This document shows positions 46,401 to 55,110 of a DNA stretch of 64,000 bases, in pieces. Within the stretch, counting starts at the first letter, position 1. Every line of letters begins with the position of its first letter. The stretch lies in the NCBI GenBank assembly GCA_963921275.4, contig OZ001293.3, forward strand, positions 6,272,001 through 6,336,000, written 5' to 3'. This DNA is from an uncultured Hormoscilla sp. (lineage in GTDB: Bacteria > Cyanobacteriota > Cyanobacteriia > Cyanobacteriales > Desertifilaceae). The notes beneath the pieces were generated by a model. The model was not told the origin of the DNA and did no database searches. It saw only the letters and a program-made list of their open reading frames with translations. The position numbers and the translations under genes were made by a program.

Positions 46401-47833
46401 GAAAGATTTCCTAACTGAGGAGGGATGGTGCCAGTTAGTCGGTTGTTGTCCAGGTGGAGATCCTCCAAATTGGAAAGATTTCCTAACTGAGGAGGGATGG
46501 TGCCAGTTAGTCGGTTGTTGTCCAGGTCGAGCTCTTCCAAATTGGAAAGATTCCCTAACTGAGGAGGGATGGTGCCAGTCAGTCGGTTGTTGTCCAGGTC
46601 GAGATCGTCCAAATTGGAAAGATTCCCTAACTCACTCGGGATGCTGCCAGTCAGTCGGTTGTTGTCCAGGTCGAGCTCTTCCAAATTGGAAAGATTTCCT
46701 AACTGAGGAGGGATGGTGCCAGTCAGGTCGTTGTTGTCCAGGTCGAGCTCTTCCAAATTGGAAAGATTCCCTAACTGAGGAGGGATGGTGCCAGTCAGGC
46801 CGTTTTCCTCCAGCTCAATTACCGTCACCCTGCCGTTCTCTACCGTTACCCCAAACCAATCGTTAAGATCATTAGGGGGAGTTGGGCTGCTGAAATCCCA
46901 GCCTTCATTGTTCTGCCAAGAATCCCCATTTGTGGCGTCGTATAGGGCCCTCAGTGCCTGATAGTCGCTAAGAAGGGGGTTAACAAGGGGGTTGTTGCCG
47001 GACAGGTCGAGCTGTTCCAAATTCAGATTATCTAACTCCTGAGAGATGCTGCTACTCACACTCAGGTTGTTGTTGGACAGGTCGAGAGCTTCCAAATTGG
47101 AAAGATCCCCTAATTCCGTCGGGATGGTGCCACTCAGTTGGTTGTTGGACAGGTTGAGCTCTTCCAAATTGGAAAGATTCCCTAACTGAGGAGGGATGGT
47201 GCCAGTCAGGTCGTTCGACTGCAGGTTGAGCTCTACCAAATTGGAAAGATTCCCTAACTGAGGAGGGATGGTGCCAGTCAGGCCGTTTTCCTCCAGATCG
47301 AGTACCGTCACCCTGACTCTATCTAGATCCACCCCAAACCAATTATCAACAACAGACTCATCGGGGGGAGTGTCACTGTTGAAATTCCAGTCCTCCCAGC
47401 CTGTATTGTCATCCCAAGATGTCCCACCCGTGCCTTGGTATAGAGACCTTAAGGCCTCATAATCCTGCTGATTGAGGGGGGCCAGCTTAGCCATCAACTC
47501 CTCTCTTGCATCTCCGGCGGCCACGTTACAGCCGTAGAGTAGGAGTTTTTTGATTTTCCACCCCCGCAGGGTAGAGGCGTAATCCCCTAGGGTATCTAAA
47601 CTCAGTTGGGAGTTCCCCAGATACAGACAGCCAGGGCTGCCGTGGGAGAGTAGGTGAAGAACCTCTGTTTCCCGATGCTGTAGGAGTTGTTCGCCGATCT
47701 GTTCGATGCCATCGGACTGAAGGTCTAAGAGGAAGGGTTTGGTTCCAGGCTGGAGGCCGTCTATAAGCTGCTGGTAGTTTTCTAAAGAGGGATCCACTAC
47801 TACCATGGTGAAGGCATTGGTATTATTCTTCAT
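43424..47833 (-). CDS. Large secreted/surface protein: DUF4347, plant-type LRRs, Ig-like domain, about 7 cadherin-like repeats, RTX-type tail
   Basis: HLLSHGSPG..LLYGCNVA; LxxLxLxNNxLTGTIPPQLG repeats; FSTTD..DFET repeats; GGDGND.L.G tail. Confidence 0.9.
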   Translation of the reverse strand: MKNNTNAFTMVVVDPSLENYQQLIDGLQPGTKPFLLDLQSDGIEQIGEQLLQHRETEVLHLLSHGSPGCLYLGNSQLSLDTLGDYASTLRGWKIKKLLLYGCNVAAGDAREELMAKLAPLNQQDYEALRSLYQGTGGTSWDDNTGWEDWNFNSDTPPDESVVDNWFGVDLDRVRVTVLDLEENGLTGTIPPQLGNLSNLVELNLQSNDLTGTIPPQLGNLSNLEELNLSNNQLSGTIPTELGDLSNLEALDLSNNNLSVSSSISQELDNLNLEQLDLSGNNPLVNPLLSDYQALRALYDATNGDSWQNNEGWDFSSPTPPNDLNDWFGVTVENGRVTVIELEENGLTGTIPPQLGNLSNLEELDLDNNDLTGTIPPQLGNLSNLEELDLDNNRLTGSIPSELGNLSNLDDLDLDNNRLTGTIPPQLGNLSNLEELDLDNNRLTGTIPPQLGNLSNLEDLHLDNNRLTGTIPPQLGNLSNLVALWLFNNDLTGTIPPQLGNLSNLEELWLFNNRLTGSIPPQLGNFSNLEELWLFDNRLTGTIPQEVLNLRANKLLENPPYVRTEIPDFDFDLLSGNNFNEDISDNFGDINGNINNGNINNYTAIGLPEGLTINSRGVISGIPTTAGNFTVTVTAIDEDLGEGTDTFSINVVGNSTPTDLVLSNSSINENSPLGAVVGTFSTTDADIGDSFTYQLLFGSNAFTIVGDELRTNSSLDFETQSSYEIFVRTTDAAGASYSEVLTINVTDVAENSSPTDIVLSNSSINENSPSDTVVGTFSTTDPDEGDTFSYQLISDVGPDDNDAFTIEGNRLLINSSPDFETQSSYSILVQTTDSAGDSFSRVLIIEVNDVAESPTDIELSSSSIDENSPLGAVVGTFSTTDPNSGDTFTYQLVSGVGDDDNAAFTIVGDQLRINSSLDFETQSSYRIGVQTTDATGASYSEALTINVNDVAENSSPTDIVLSNSSIDENSPLGAVVGTFSTTDADIGDSFTYQLLSGSNAFIIVGDELLTNSSLDFETQSSYNIGVRTTDQTGASYEEVLTINVNDVAESPTDIELSGSININENSPANTVVGILSTTDPNSGDTFTYELVSGVGDDDNAAFTIVGNQLRINSSPDFETQSSYSIRVQTTDQTGASYSEALTINVTDVAENSSPTDIVLSSSIINENSPSGAVVGTFGTSDPDEGDTFTYRLVSGFGGDDNAAFTIVGDQLRINSSPDFETQSIYRILVQTTDQTGASYSEVLTINVNNVAESPTEIALSDNNINSNSREGTIVGTFSTSDPDGGNTFTYRLTSGFGDNDNAAFTIVGDQLLINSSPTRSSYGIRVQTTDVTGASYSEVFTINVNDVLEVASLIVGQDDRLQEDDPLTGGNGSDRVYGNDGLIGGDGNDSLYGRSQQADLFVLESGMGYTIIDFEDGTDSIGLAGGLSFDDLAIVRMGLDTRINFEGKTLATLQGIDSTLINVDDFTVVN

Positions 47834-48139
47834 TTTAAGGTTGCTGAATTTTGAATGGCTTAGGAACGAGTCGCTCCCTTATATATGTATACTTCAGATG
47901 GGGTTCGGGATATTTCGGATAATTTCAAAAATTATTTGCTGTGTTATCGGTTAGAGAAAAAATAGATGAACCGAGGAGAGGGAAACGATGCCTACCGTTC
48001 CGGAAAAATCGGGAGTATGGCCAAAACCCTGTCGCAGAGAGAAAATGCGCATTTTTTCGATGACCGGTGGTAAAAAATCAATGATTTACTACCGGTGATA
48101 GACGGCCATGTAGGAGGAACGGCCAAAAATAAATTGACT

Positions 48140-48317
48140 CTTCGGCGTTGGGTAGTGAAGGGTCGGGGTTGGGTAGTGAAGGGTCGGGGTTGGGTAGTGA
48201 AGGGTCGGGGTTGGGTAGTGAAGGGTCGGGGTTGGGTAGTGAAGGGTCGGGGTTGGGTAGTGAAGGGTCGGGGTTGGGTAGTGAAGGGTCGGCGTTGGGT
48301 AGTCTAGGGTCGGCGTT
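48140..48317. repeat. About 8 tandem 21-bp repeats GTTGGGTAGTGAAGGGTCGG(G/C)
   Basis: Direct tandem units with no spacers. Confidence 0.9.
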
Positions 48318-48916
48318 AGATCTCCACCCCTGCGCGTTGAGTGGCGACCCGTGCCCGTTGTCGCTCCACCTGGGTTGGGTTAAGCTTGCACTCCTGCGCG
48401 TTAAGCTTGCACCTAGGCGCGTTGAGTAGTGACCTATGGGCAGACCATAGTGACCCGTGCGCGTTAAGCACAACTCCACCGCATTAAGCACAACGAGCAA
48501 TCTTTCCCCTAAACGGAACCAAGATCCTAGGGAACGACCAGTGAAGTGCCCTGCCGCTCGGGCGACAGGGTCTCTCGCGCTCACTTGTAGTTGATAGCCA
48601 GGTGCATTGATGATGTCCTCCCTATTGGGATAAGCTGTCGCGCATTAAATTGCATAGTTTGAAGAAATAATTTTGAATTGCTTAAGACCGATATCGTCGT
48701 AGTTTACAAGATATCTGGCAGCTTAACACCCAAGACTAAGACCTGTCAAGTCCGATCACCTCCGATCGGACTACATTTTCGTTAATTTTCTATGAAAATT
48801 TTATCGATTGACATTTCAAACATAATCAGATATAAGATGGTTACTGAGACCTTGGTCGCGGTGACTCTGACCGCGCAGCGTGGCGCTAGCCATTATTTGA
48901 CTACTCCGGAGAGAGA

Positions 48917-50602
48917 ATGACAAATTTATTGCTGCCGTTTTTGATAAAGATAGCCAAGTATAGTAAAGAGAGGTTTGTAGCAAAAACTCTTCAAGTGGAT
49001 GCTGTCCAGGAAAAGTTCCTCTTTAACCTATTACGGGCCCATCAAGATACTCAATTAGGTCGCGTTGACCAGTTGTCTGAGGTGAAGACTGTCGATCAGT
49101 TTCGCGATCGCATTCCCATCAGGCCCTATAGCAGCTACGAACCATACTTGGAAAAGATTACCCAAGGAGAAAATCACATCCTGACTGCCCAAAAAGTAAT
49201 ATACATGACTTTGACTAGCGGGTCAACGGATAAGCAGAAACTGATTCCCACCACCAGGAAATTTCAAAGCATAGTCCGGAATGCGAGTCTAGTCAGCATG
49301 GGATTTCTGGCAGAGGCATTGGCAAAACGGGGGCAGAAGTTTGGTAAACTGCTGGTGACTAACTCAGTGCAACAATGGGGACGTACTCCTGGGGGAATTG
49401 ATTATGGGCCATCCAGCGCCGGGGTTCTGCGTCTGGATAAGCGTCTGTTTGCCCAATTCTTTGCCCACCCCTACGAGACTGCCAAGCTAAGTGATAGTCT
49501 GACGCGCCATTATGTGGCCCTGCTGTTTGCCCTCGGCAACCGGGAAATGGGGGGGACAATCGCTAATTTTCCTATGTTGATTCTGCGGACTTGCAACTAT
49601 TTGAGTCAGTATGCCGAAAGTTTAATTGCTGATATCGCCCAGGGGTCGATCGCCCTTTGGTTGGAGATGGAACCAGAACTGCGATCGCAACTGGAACGGA
49701 ACTTGACTGCCAACCCCATGAGGGCGCGGGAACTCCAGGAAATCTTACAATCCCACGGAAAGCTGACTCCTAAGTTAGCATGGCCCAATCTGGCGGTGGT
49801 AGCAACGGCGAGGGGCGGAACTTCCGATTTTTACTTTCAGCGGTTTCCCGAGTATTTTGGGGATACTGCAATTTTCGGAGTTGTCTTCTCTTCGGCGGAA
49901 GGGATGTTCGGCATCTACCCGGATGTGAATACAGATGGTAGCATTTTAGCCATTGAGAGTGGCTTTTTTGAATTCATTCCCGAAGACCAATGGGGAGTAG
50001 AACATCCGCAAACCTTGCTGGCGACGGAAGTGCAGGTGGGACAGAGGTATCGTATCCTGACAACTACCTACAGTGGATTTTATCGCTACGACATTGGCGA
50101 TGTCATCGAGGTAGTAGGATTCGATCGGCAAGCACCCTTAATTGTGTTTCGCCATCGCCAAGGGGGACAAATGTCCAGTACCACTGAGAAAACTAACGAA
50201 CATCACGTTACTCGGGTGCTTCAGGCCCTGCAAGGGGAGTTTCATCTTAATTTGGAGGACTTCTGCATTACTCTCTCGGAACGGGACTTTCCCGCCCGCT
50301 ATCTGATTAATATCGAACTCGCTGACGGGGATACACTGTCGGACCCCCAAGCTTTTCTGTCAAAGTGCGATCGCCTGTTAGGGGAAAACAACACCCACTA
50401 CGCAATTTCGCGTCAAAGTGACATCCCGCCGCCGCGCCTGCGCCTGCTAGAAAAGGGAAGTTTTGACATTTTGCGCCAGCGCCAGTTAGCGCGAGGAATA
50501 CCTGATTCTCAACTTAAATTTGCCCATATCAGCGAAGACCGGAATTTTCTGGAGGGGTTGGTCGTAGAAAAGGAAGTGAGGCTGCCAGATGATGTCAACT
50601 AA
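48917..50602 (+). CDS. GH3 family acyl-adenylate/amido synthetase
   Basis: LTSGST..KLIP, SSAEG, FFEFIP, GFYRYDIGDVI. Confidence 0.9.
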   Translation: MTNLLLPFLIKIAKYSKERFVAKTLQVDAVQEKFLFNLLRAHQDTQLGRVDQLSEVKTVDQFRDRIPIRPYSSYEPYLEKITQGENHILTAQKVIYMTLTSGSTDKQKLIPTTRKFQSIVRNASLVSMGFLAEALAKRGQKFGKLLVTNSVQQWGRTPGGIDYGPSSAGVLRLDKRLFAQFFAHPYETAKLSDSLTRHYVALLFALGNREMGGTIANFPMLILRTCNYLSQYAESLIADIAQGSIALWLEMEPELRSQLERNLTANPMRARELQEILQSHGKLTPKLAWPNLAVVATARGGTSDFYFQRFPEYFGDTAIFGVVFSSAEGMFGIYPDVNTDGSILAIESGFFEFIPEDQWGVEHPQTLLATEVQVGQRYRILTTTYSGFYRYDIGDVIEVVGFDRQAPLIVFRHRQGGQMSSTTEKTNEHHVTRVLQALQGEFHLNLEDFCITLSERDFPARYLINIELADGDTLSDPQAFLSKCDRLLGENNTHYAISRQSDIPPPRLRLLEKGSFDILRQRQLARGIPDSQLKFAHISEDRNFLEGLVVEKEVRLPDDVN

Positions 50603-50695
50603 TGATATCATCTGTTAGATTAGCAGGAGGTTTGAACCCCCTGGGGCTGGCGGGCGATCGGGTTAATGTGGGCAAACGGGAGGAAGACATCTACA

Positions 50696-51634
50696 ATGAA
50701 TAAAGTAACAAATCCTATCTCTAGGGAAGAGATATCAGAACTCACGCCGGAAAGATTTGTGAGAGAATATCAAAAACCAGGGATGCCGGTAGTGATTAAA
50801 GGATTACTGGCGGACTGCGAAGACTGGAGTTTGGACTATCTTTGCCAAGAGTTGAGTTCGCAAGAGTTTCTGTCCCGGTGGTACGGAAACCAGAGGTACA
50901 AATTGGACAAACGCCAATGGCAAAACATTGGCAGTGGGGTGGACACGAAAAGTTTGCCATTTACTACCTATGCCGAGATGTTGCGCAACCATAAGGCCCA
51001 CGAACAGGACATTTACTTAGCTAAATGTTCTCTGAAAGATACGTCTTTGGAGGAAAAAGCATCTCGAATAAAGATAGGAGAGAAGTTGGGTTTAGAGAAA
51101 CCCGCTAGCGACTTGAATATGTGGGCGGGACCGGGAGGTCACGTGGAAGCCTTACATTATGATACCCTAGATGGGACATTAATGCAACTGCACGGTGCTA
51201 AAAAGGTGGTGCTGTTCCCCAGTTCCCAAACAGCTAATCTTTATCCCTTTCCAGTTTCCGTGCATTTGCGCCACGGCTTAAAGTTGCGTTCTTGGTTCAG
51301 TCAGGTGTACCCGGAAAAACCCGATCTGCAAGCTTTTCCTAAATTAAGAGAAGCGCTACAATACAAGCAGGAAGTAATATTGCATCAAGGGGAAACCCTC
51401 TTTATTCCTGCCGGTTGGTGGCATGAAGTGACGGCTTTGGGAGATGAAATGGTCTGTTCGGTGAATCGCTTTTGGGGCGTATATCCTCTATCGAGGGCGC
51501 TATTTTCCTACAGTGCCTGGCGGACCTATTTGGGCATACTCTTGGCCATGCCTTATATGCTAGCACAAGGAGCGATCGCTTTCGGGAGTCGAGACCGGAA
51601 GCAAAAGATCGCCCAACTGTGGCGGATGCTGTAA
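50696..51634 (+). CDS. JmjC/cupin_8 2OG-Fe(II) oxygenase
   Basis: PVVIKG, LHYD, GAKKVVLF, GETLFIPAGWWHEV. Confidence 0.9.
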   Translation: MNKVTNPISREEISELTPERFVREYQKPGMPVVIKGLLADCEDWSLDYLCQELSSQEFLSRWYGNQRYKLDKRQWQNIGSGVDTKSLPFTTYAEMLRNHKAHEQDIYLAKCSLKDTSLEEKASRIKIGEKLGLEKPASDLNMWAGPGGHVEALHYDTLDGTLMQLHGAKKVVLFPSSQTANLYPFPVSVHLRHGLKLRSWFSQVYPEKPDLQAFPKLREALQYKQEVILHQGETLFIPAGWWHEVTALGDEMVCSVNRFWGVYPLSRALFSYSAWRTYLGILLAMPYMLAQGAIAFGSRDRKQKIAQLWRML

Positions 51635-51704
51635 TGTCAACTTAGGTCTCAAACTCGGTTTATCGTCTAAACCGAGTTTGGAAGATAGGACAGGAGAAAA
51701 AATC

Positions 51705-52346
51705 ATGACGATGACTGCGGTGAAAGAACCACCACCACAAACCACCCAGCGAGTAATCTTAGAGAATGTCAGTTGGGAGACTTACAAGCAACTATTGGCA
51801 GAAATGGGCGATCAGCGCACATCGCGGATCGCCTATAATCAAGGAGTGCTGGAAATCATTATGCCATCAGACCGCCACGAAACTTATAAGCAACTACTAG
51901 AACGAATGGTGAATACTCTGACAGAAGAACTGAATCTCAGGGTAAAGGGGTTTGCTTCGACAACATTGAATCGAGAAGATTTCCGGAAAGGTGCCGAACC
52001 TGACTCCTGCTATTACATCCAAAATGTAGACCGCATTATGGGTCGCACTGTAGACCTAGCGAACGACCCTCCGCCGGACTTAGTAATTGAAGTCGATATA
52101 ACCAGTTCTTCCAGGCGTCGATTTGAGATTTACAGACAGCTAGGAGTGCCGGAAATTTGGCGCTATCTAGGACAAACTGTCAGAATTAACCAATTGCAAG
52201 AAGAGGAATATGTTGAACGTGACTATAGTCCAACATTTTCCTTTGTTTCTGCGGCGATAATTAATCAATTTCTCCAAAGGGCAGAAACTACTGATGATAC
52301 TACGATGATTCGGGCCTGGCGTCAATGGGTAGGAGAGCAATTCTGA
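51705..52346 (+). CDS. Uma2 family endonuclease
   Basis: VSWETY, AEPDSCYY, PPDLVIEVD, GVPEIWRY. Confidence 0.9.
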   Translation: MTMTAVKEPPPQTTQRVILENVSWETYKQLLAEMGDQRTSRIAYNQGVLEIIMPSDRHETYKQLLERMVNTLTEELNLRVKGFASTTLNREDFRKGAEPDSCYYIQNVDRIMGRTVDLANDPPPDLVIEVDITSSSRRRFEIYRQLGVPEIWRYLGQTVRINQLQEEEYVERDYSPTFSFVSAAIINQFLQRAETTDDTTMIRAWRQWVGEQF

Positions 52347-52520
52347 CTACCAGTTTACTCTACAGTGTCCCGTCGCGTACTCTTGTCCTGACCGCGCTAG
52401 CGTGGCGCCAGCCATAGGACACGGCACACGACGGGACACTGCTGAAAAATTGTTCATTTCCATTCAAATTTATGCTATCCTGAAAATCACCAGCAAACAT
52501 TAGATAAATTTAAAGGTACT

Positions 52521-52832
52521 ATGAACCAAGAAGAACAGAACCCACTGAGGAGTAAACTAGAGAAAGAATTGCAAGAGTCAGAATGGTTACAGAAGTTCAA
52601 GCAACTGAGTGCAGGACTCAGGCAAATTAAAACAGAAATTCCACTTACGCAACTCGGCAACCTAGAATGGATGACGGATACCGAAAGCCTGATAATTCAC
52701 TGTCCTAACCCAGAAGTGAGGGCCGGGTTGTCTCAGCAGATACCCCAGATCGCCCAAATTAATATTGGGGCCAACCTCTTTATCCTCAAACACCCGAACT
52801 ACCCAGACATTATCATCCATCCTAATTGTTGA
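52521..52832 (+). CDS. Hypothetical protein
   Basis: 103-aa ORF. Confidence 0.5.
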   Translation: MNQEEQNPLRSKLEKELQESEWLQKFKQLSAGLRQIKTEIPLTQLGNLEWMTDTESLIIHCPNPEVRAGLSQQIPQIAQINIGANLFILKHPNYPDIIIHPNC

Positions 52833-52997
52833 AACTTGGGAATTGAAAATTGGGAATTGTTCAAGCAATTAATCCAGTACTTCGGAGCGCGCAATAATTA
52901 TCAATTAGTAGGGAAGATTAGCAATAAGCAATTAGTCAGAGCTGATGTTACAATATATGTAAATTTGTAGAGAAGTTGTGTAGATAGGTTATTTATT

Positions 52998-54245
52998 ATG
53001 GCATCGATCGCCCGCAAGAACCTATTGGAAGACATTCCCCGCTTCCTCGTAGCCCAGGCAGGGATTATGTTTGCCGTCAGCCTGGTGACGATTCAGACCG
53101 GCATACTCAAGGGGTTTACTCGCTCGACGGTGCAGTTGATCGAAAATTCCCCAGCTGACATCTGGGTAGCATCCCAGGAAATGTTGCATTTAGAATTGAC
53201 AAAGCCCCTGCTGTTGGAGTACGCTTTACTGGCTAAACAGGTGGAAGGGGTCGATCGGTCGGAACCCTTGATGAGGGGAATAGCTCAGTGGAATGTTCCC
53301 GGGGCGGAACTGACTCCTGTGAAGGTATTCGGTTTCGACCCAGGGGGGCAATTATTTTTACCTGGCAAGGTCAACCCCAGCAGCTTGCGGGCCCTGAAGG
53401 AACCTTACACCGCGATCGTCGATGCCAGCAATTTAGATTCCCTGCACGTCCGAGGTGTGGGCGATCGGGCAGAAATTGGCTCTTTGCCAGTGCGGTTGGT
53501 AGGCTTAACTAAAGAAACTCAGTCGATCATATCGAGTCCCTTCGTGTTTACCTCCTTGAAAAGTGCCAACGCCTATCTCAATGCTGGTGTCACTTCTAAG
53601 CTGAACTGCAAGCTGCTACCCGAGGGCGATATCAAATGCGTCACTATTTACGAACAGGAAGAAACTACGGAAACATCAGCAGTTTCTCCTCCCAAACCCT
53701 TAAACTTAACAGACCCGATCGTCTACGTGTTAATTCGGGCCAAACCAGGGGAGGATCTACAGGCACTCAAACGGCGGTTAGAAGCGGCTTTGCCAGATAG
53801 CCAGGCCTATACTCGTGCGGAAATAGCTAACCAGACCCGCGACTACTGGCAGCAGCGCAGCGGCATTGGATTTATTCTCGGTTTGGGTGCGGCGGTGGGT
53901 GTTATGGTGGGTATGGTAGTTGTCGGTCAGATCCTCTACTCTTCTGTATCCGATCATCTCAAAGAGTTTGGAACACTCAAAGCAATGGGGGCGTCTGACT
54001 GGGTAATTTACAGCGTCATTATCGAGCAAGCCCTGTGGATGGCAGTTATAGGATATGTTCCCAGTATGATCCTTTGCTTGGCCTTGGCATCTTGGGCCTT
54101 GGCAAGTCAGGGAATTATGATTTTGATCACGCCCCTATCTGCCGCCGGAGTTTTGGGAATTACCCTGCTGATGTGTGTCGGTTCAGCTTTCTTCGCCATT
54201 CAAAAAGTGACTCGCGTCGATCCGGCGATCGTCTTCAAAGCCTAA
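52998..54245 (+). CDS. ABC exporter permease (DevC/FtsX-like)
   Basis: SIARKNL, DHLKEFGTLKAMGA, TM segments, RVDPAIVF. Confidence 0.9.
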   Translation: MASIARKNLLEDIPRFLVAQAGIMFAVSLVTIQTGILKGFTRSTVQLIENSPADIWVASQEMLHLELTKPLLLEYALLAKQVEGVDRSEPLMRGIAQWNVPGAELTPVKVFGFDPGGQLFLPGKVNPSSLRALKEPYTAIVDASNLDSLHVRGVGDRAEIGSLPVRLVGLTKETQSIISSPFVFTSLKSANAYLNAGVTSKLNCKLLPEGDIKCVTIYEQEETTETSAVSPPKPLNLTDPIVYVLIRAKPGEDLQALKRRLEAALPDSQAYTRAEIANQTRDYWQQRSGIGFILGLGAAVGVMVGMVVVGQILYSSVSDHLKEFGTLKAMGASDWVIYSVIIEQALWMAVIGYVPSMILCLALASWALASQGIMILITPLSAAGVLGITLLMCVGSAFFAIQKVTRVDPAIVFKA

Positions 54246-54285
54246 AACTCGTTGCAATCGCAATTAGCCATTCGCAATTATTTAC

Positions 54286-55059
54286 TTGATCAGACTTATG
54301 AGTAATTCTCAAATTGCTGGGTTTTCGCAAATCCACATGGGGGGTGCCTCTACTACTATCGATCGAGAGCGCAGTAACACATCGGCTATCTCTGCTGTCG
54401 GGATAGAGATGGTTTTCGGTTCGGGTGCTGCGCGCTTTCAGGCCTTGAAGGGCATCGATCTGCAGATCCAATCGGGCAGTATCCAACTGTTGATGGGGCC
54501 ATCGGGTTCGGGTAAAACTACTTTACTCTCAATTGTAGCTGGGCTGCTGACGCCCACGGCGGGCAGAATCTATCTATTAGGAGAAGAGATTACCCAATTG
54601 TCCCGCACTAAGTTGTCCCGCTTCCGCCTGAAAAACATTGGCTTTATTTTTCAGGGGTTTAACCTGTTTCCGGCCCTGACTGCGGGTGAAAATATTGAAC
54701 TTGCTCTCCATCTTAAAGGCATTCGCGGCAGAACCGCCAGATATCAAGCACGAGAGTTGTTGGCAGCGGTGGGGTTAGGAGATAAAGTTAAGTCCCGCCC
54801 TCGTGACTTGTCTGGGGGACAGAAACAACGGGTCGCGATCGCCCGGGCCTTAGCTGGCAGGCCCCAGTTAATCATGGCCGATGAACCTACTGCTGCTTTA
54901 GACTCCCAGAGTGGACAAAATGTGATTCAATTATTGCGTCAGCTGGCCAAGGAACAAGGCTGCACTGTCTTGATGGTAACCCATGACCCCAGGATTATTG
55001 ATGTGGCCGATCGGGTTGCTTACCTGGAAGATGGTATCCTCAAACCCGAAGGTTCGTAA
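54286..55059 (+). CDS. ABC exporter ATP-binding protein (DevA/LolD-like)
   Basis: GPSGSGKTT, LSGGQKQR, MADEPT, VTHD. Confidence 0.92.
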   Translation: MIRLMSNSQIAGFSQIHMGGASTTIDRERSNTSAISAVGIEMVFGSGAARFQALKGIDLQIQSGSIQLLMGPSGSGKTTLLSIVAGLLTPTAGRIYLLGEEITQLSRTKLSRFRLKNIGFIFQGFNLFPALTAGENIELALHLKGIRGRTARYQARELLAAVGLGDKVKSRPRDLSGGQKQRVAIARALAGRPQLIMADEPTAALDSQSGQNVIQLLRQLAKEQGCTVLMVTHDPRIIDVADRVAYLEDGILKPEGS

Positions 55060-55066
55060 ATTTATT

Positions 55067-55110
55067 ATTGTAAGATAAATTCATGAATTTATCTTACAAT
55101 ATAATCTTTT
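55067..55110. repeat. 34-bp perfect palindrome plus tail; left flank of the R-M cassette
   Basis: ATTGTAAGATAAATTCATGAATTTATCTTACAAT-ATAATCTTTT; related copy at 58371-58410. Confidence 0.8.

Noticed and set aside
48140..48317. 21-bp repeats as CRISPR, or the overlapping ORFs (48078-48584 and others) as genes
   Set aside because: No spacers; the ORFs are open only because the repeat lacks stops.
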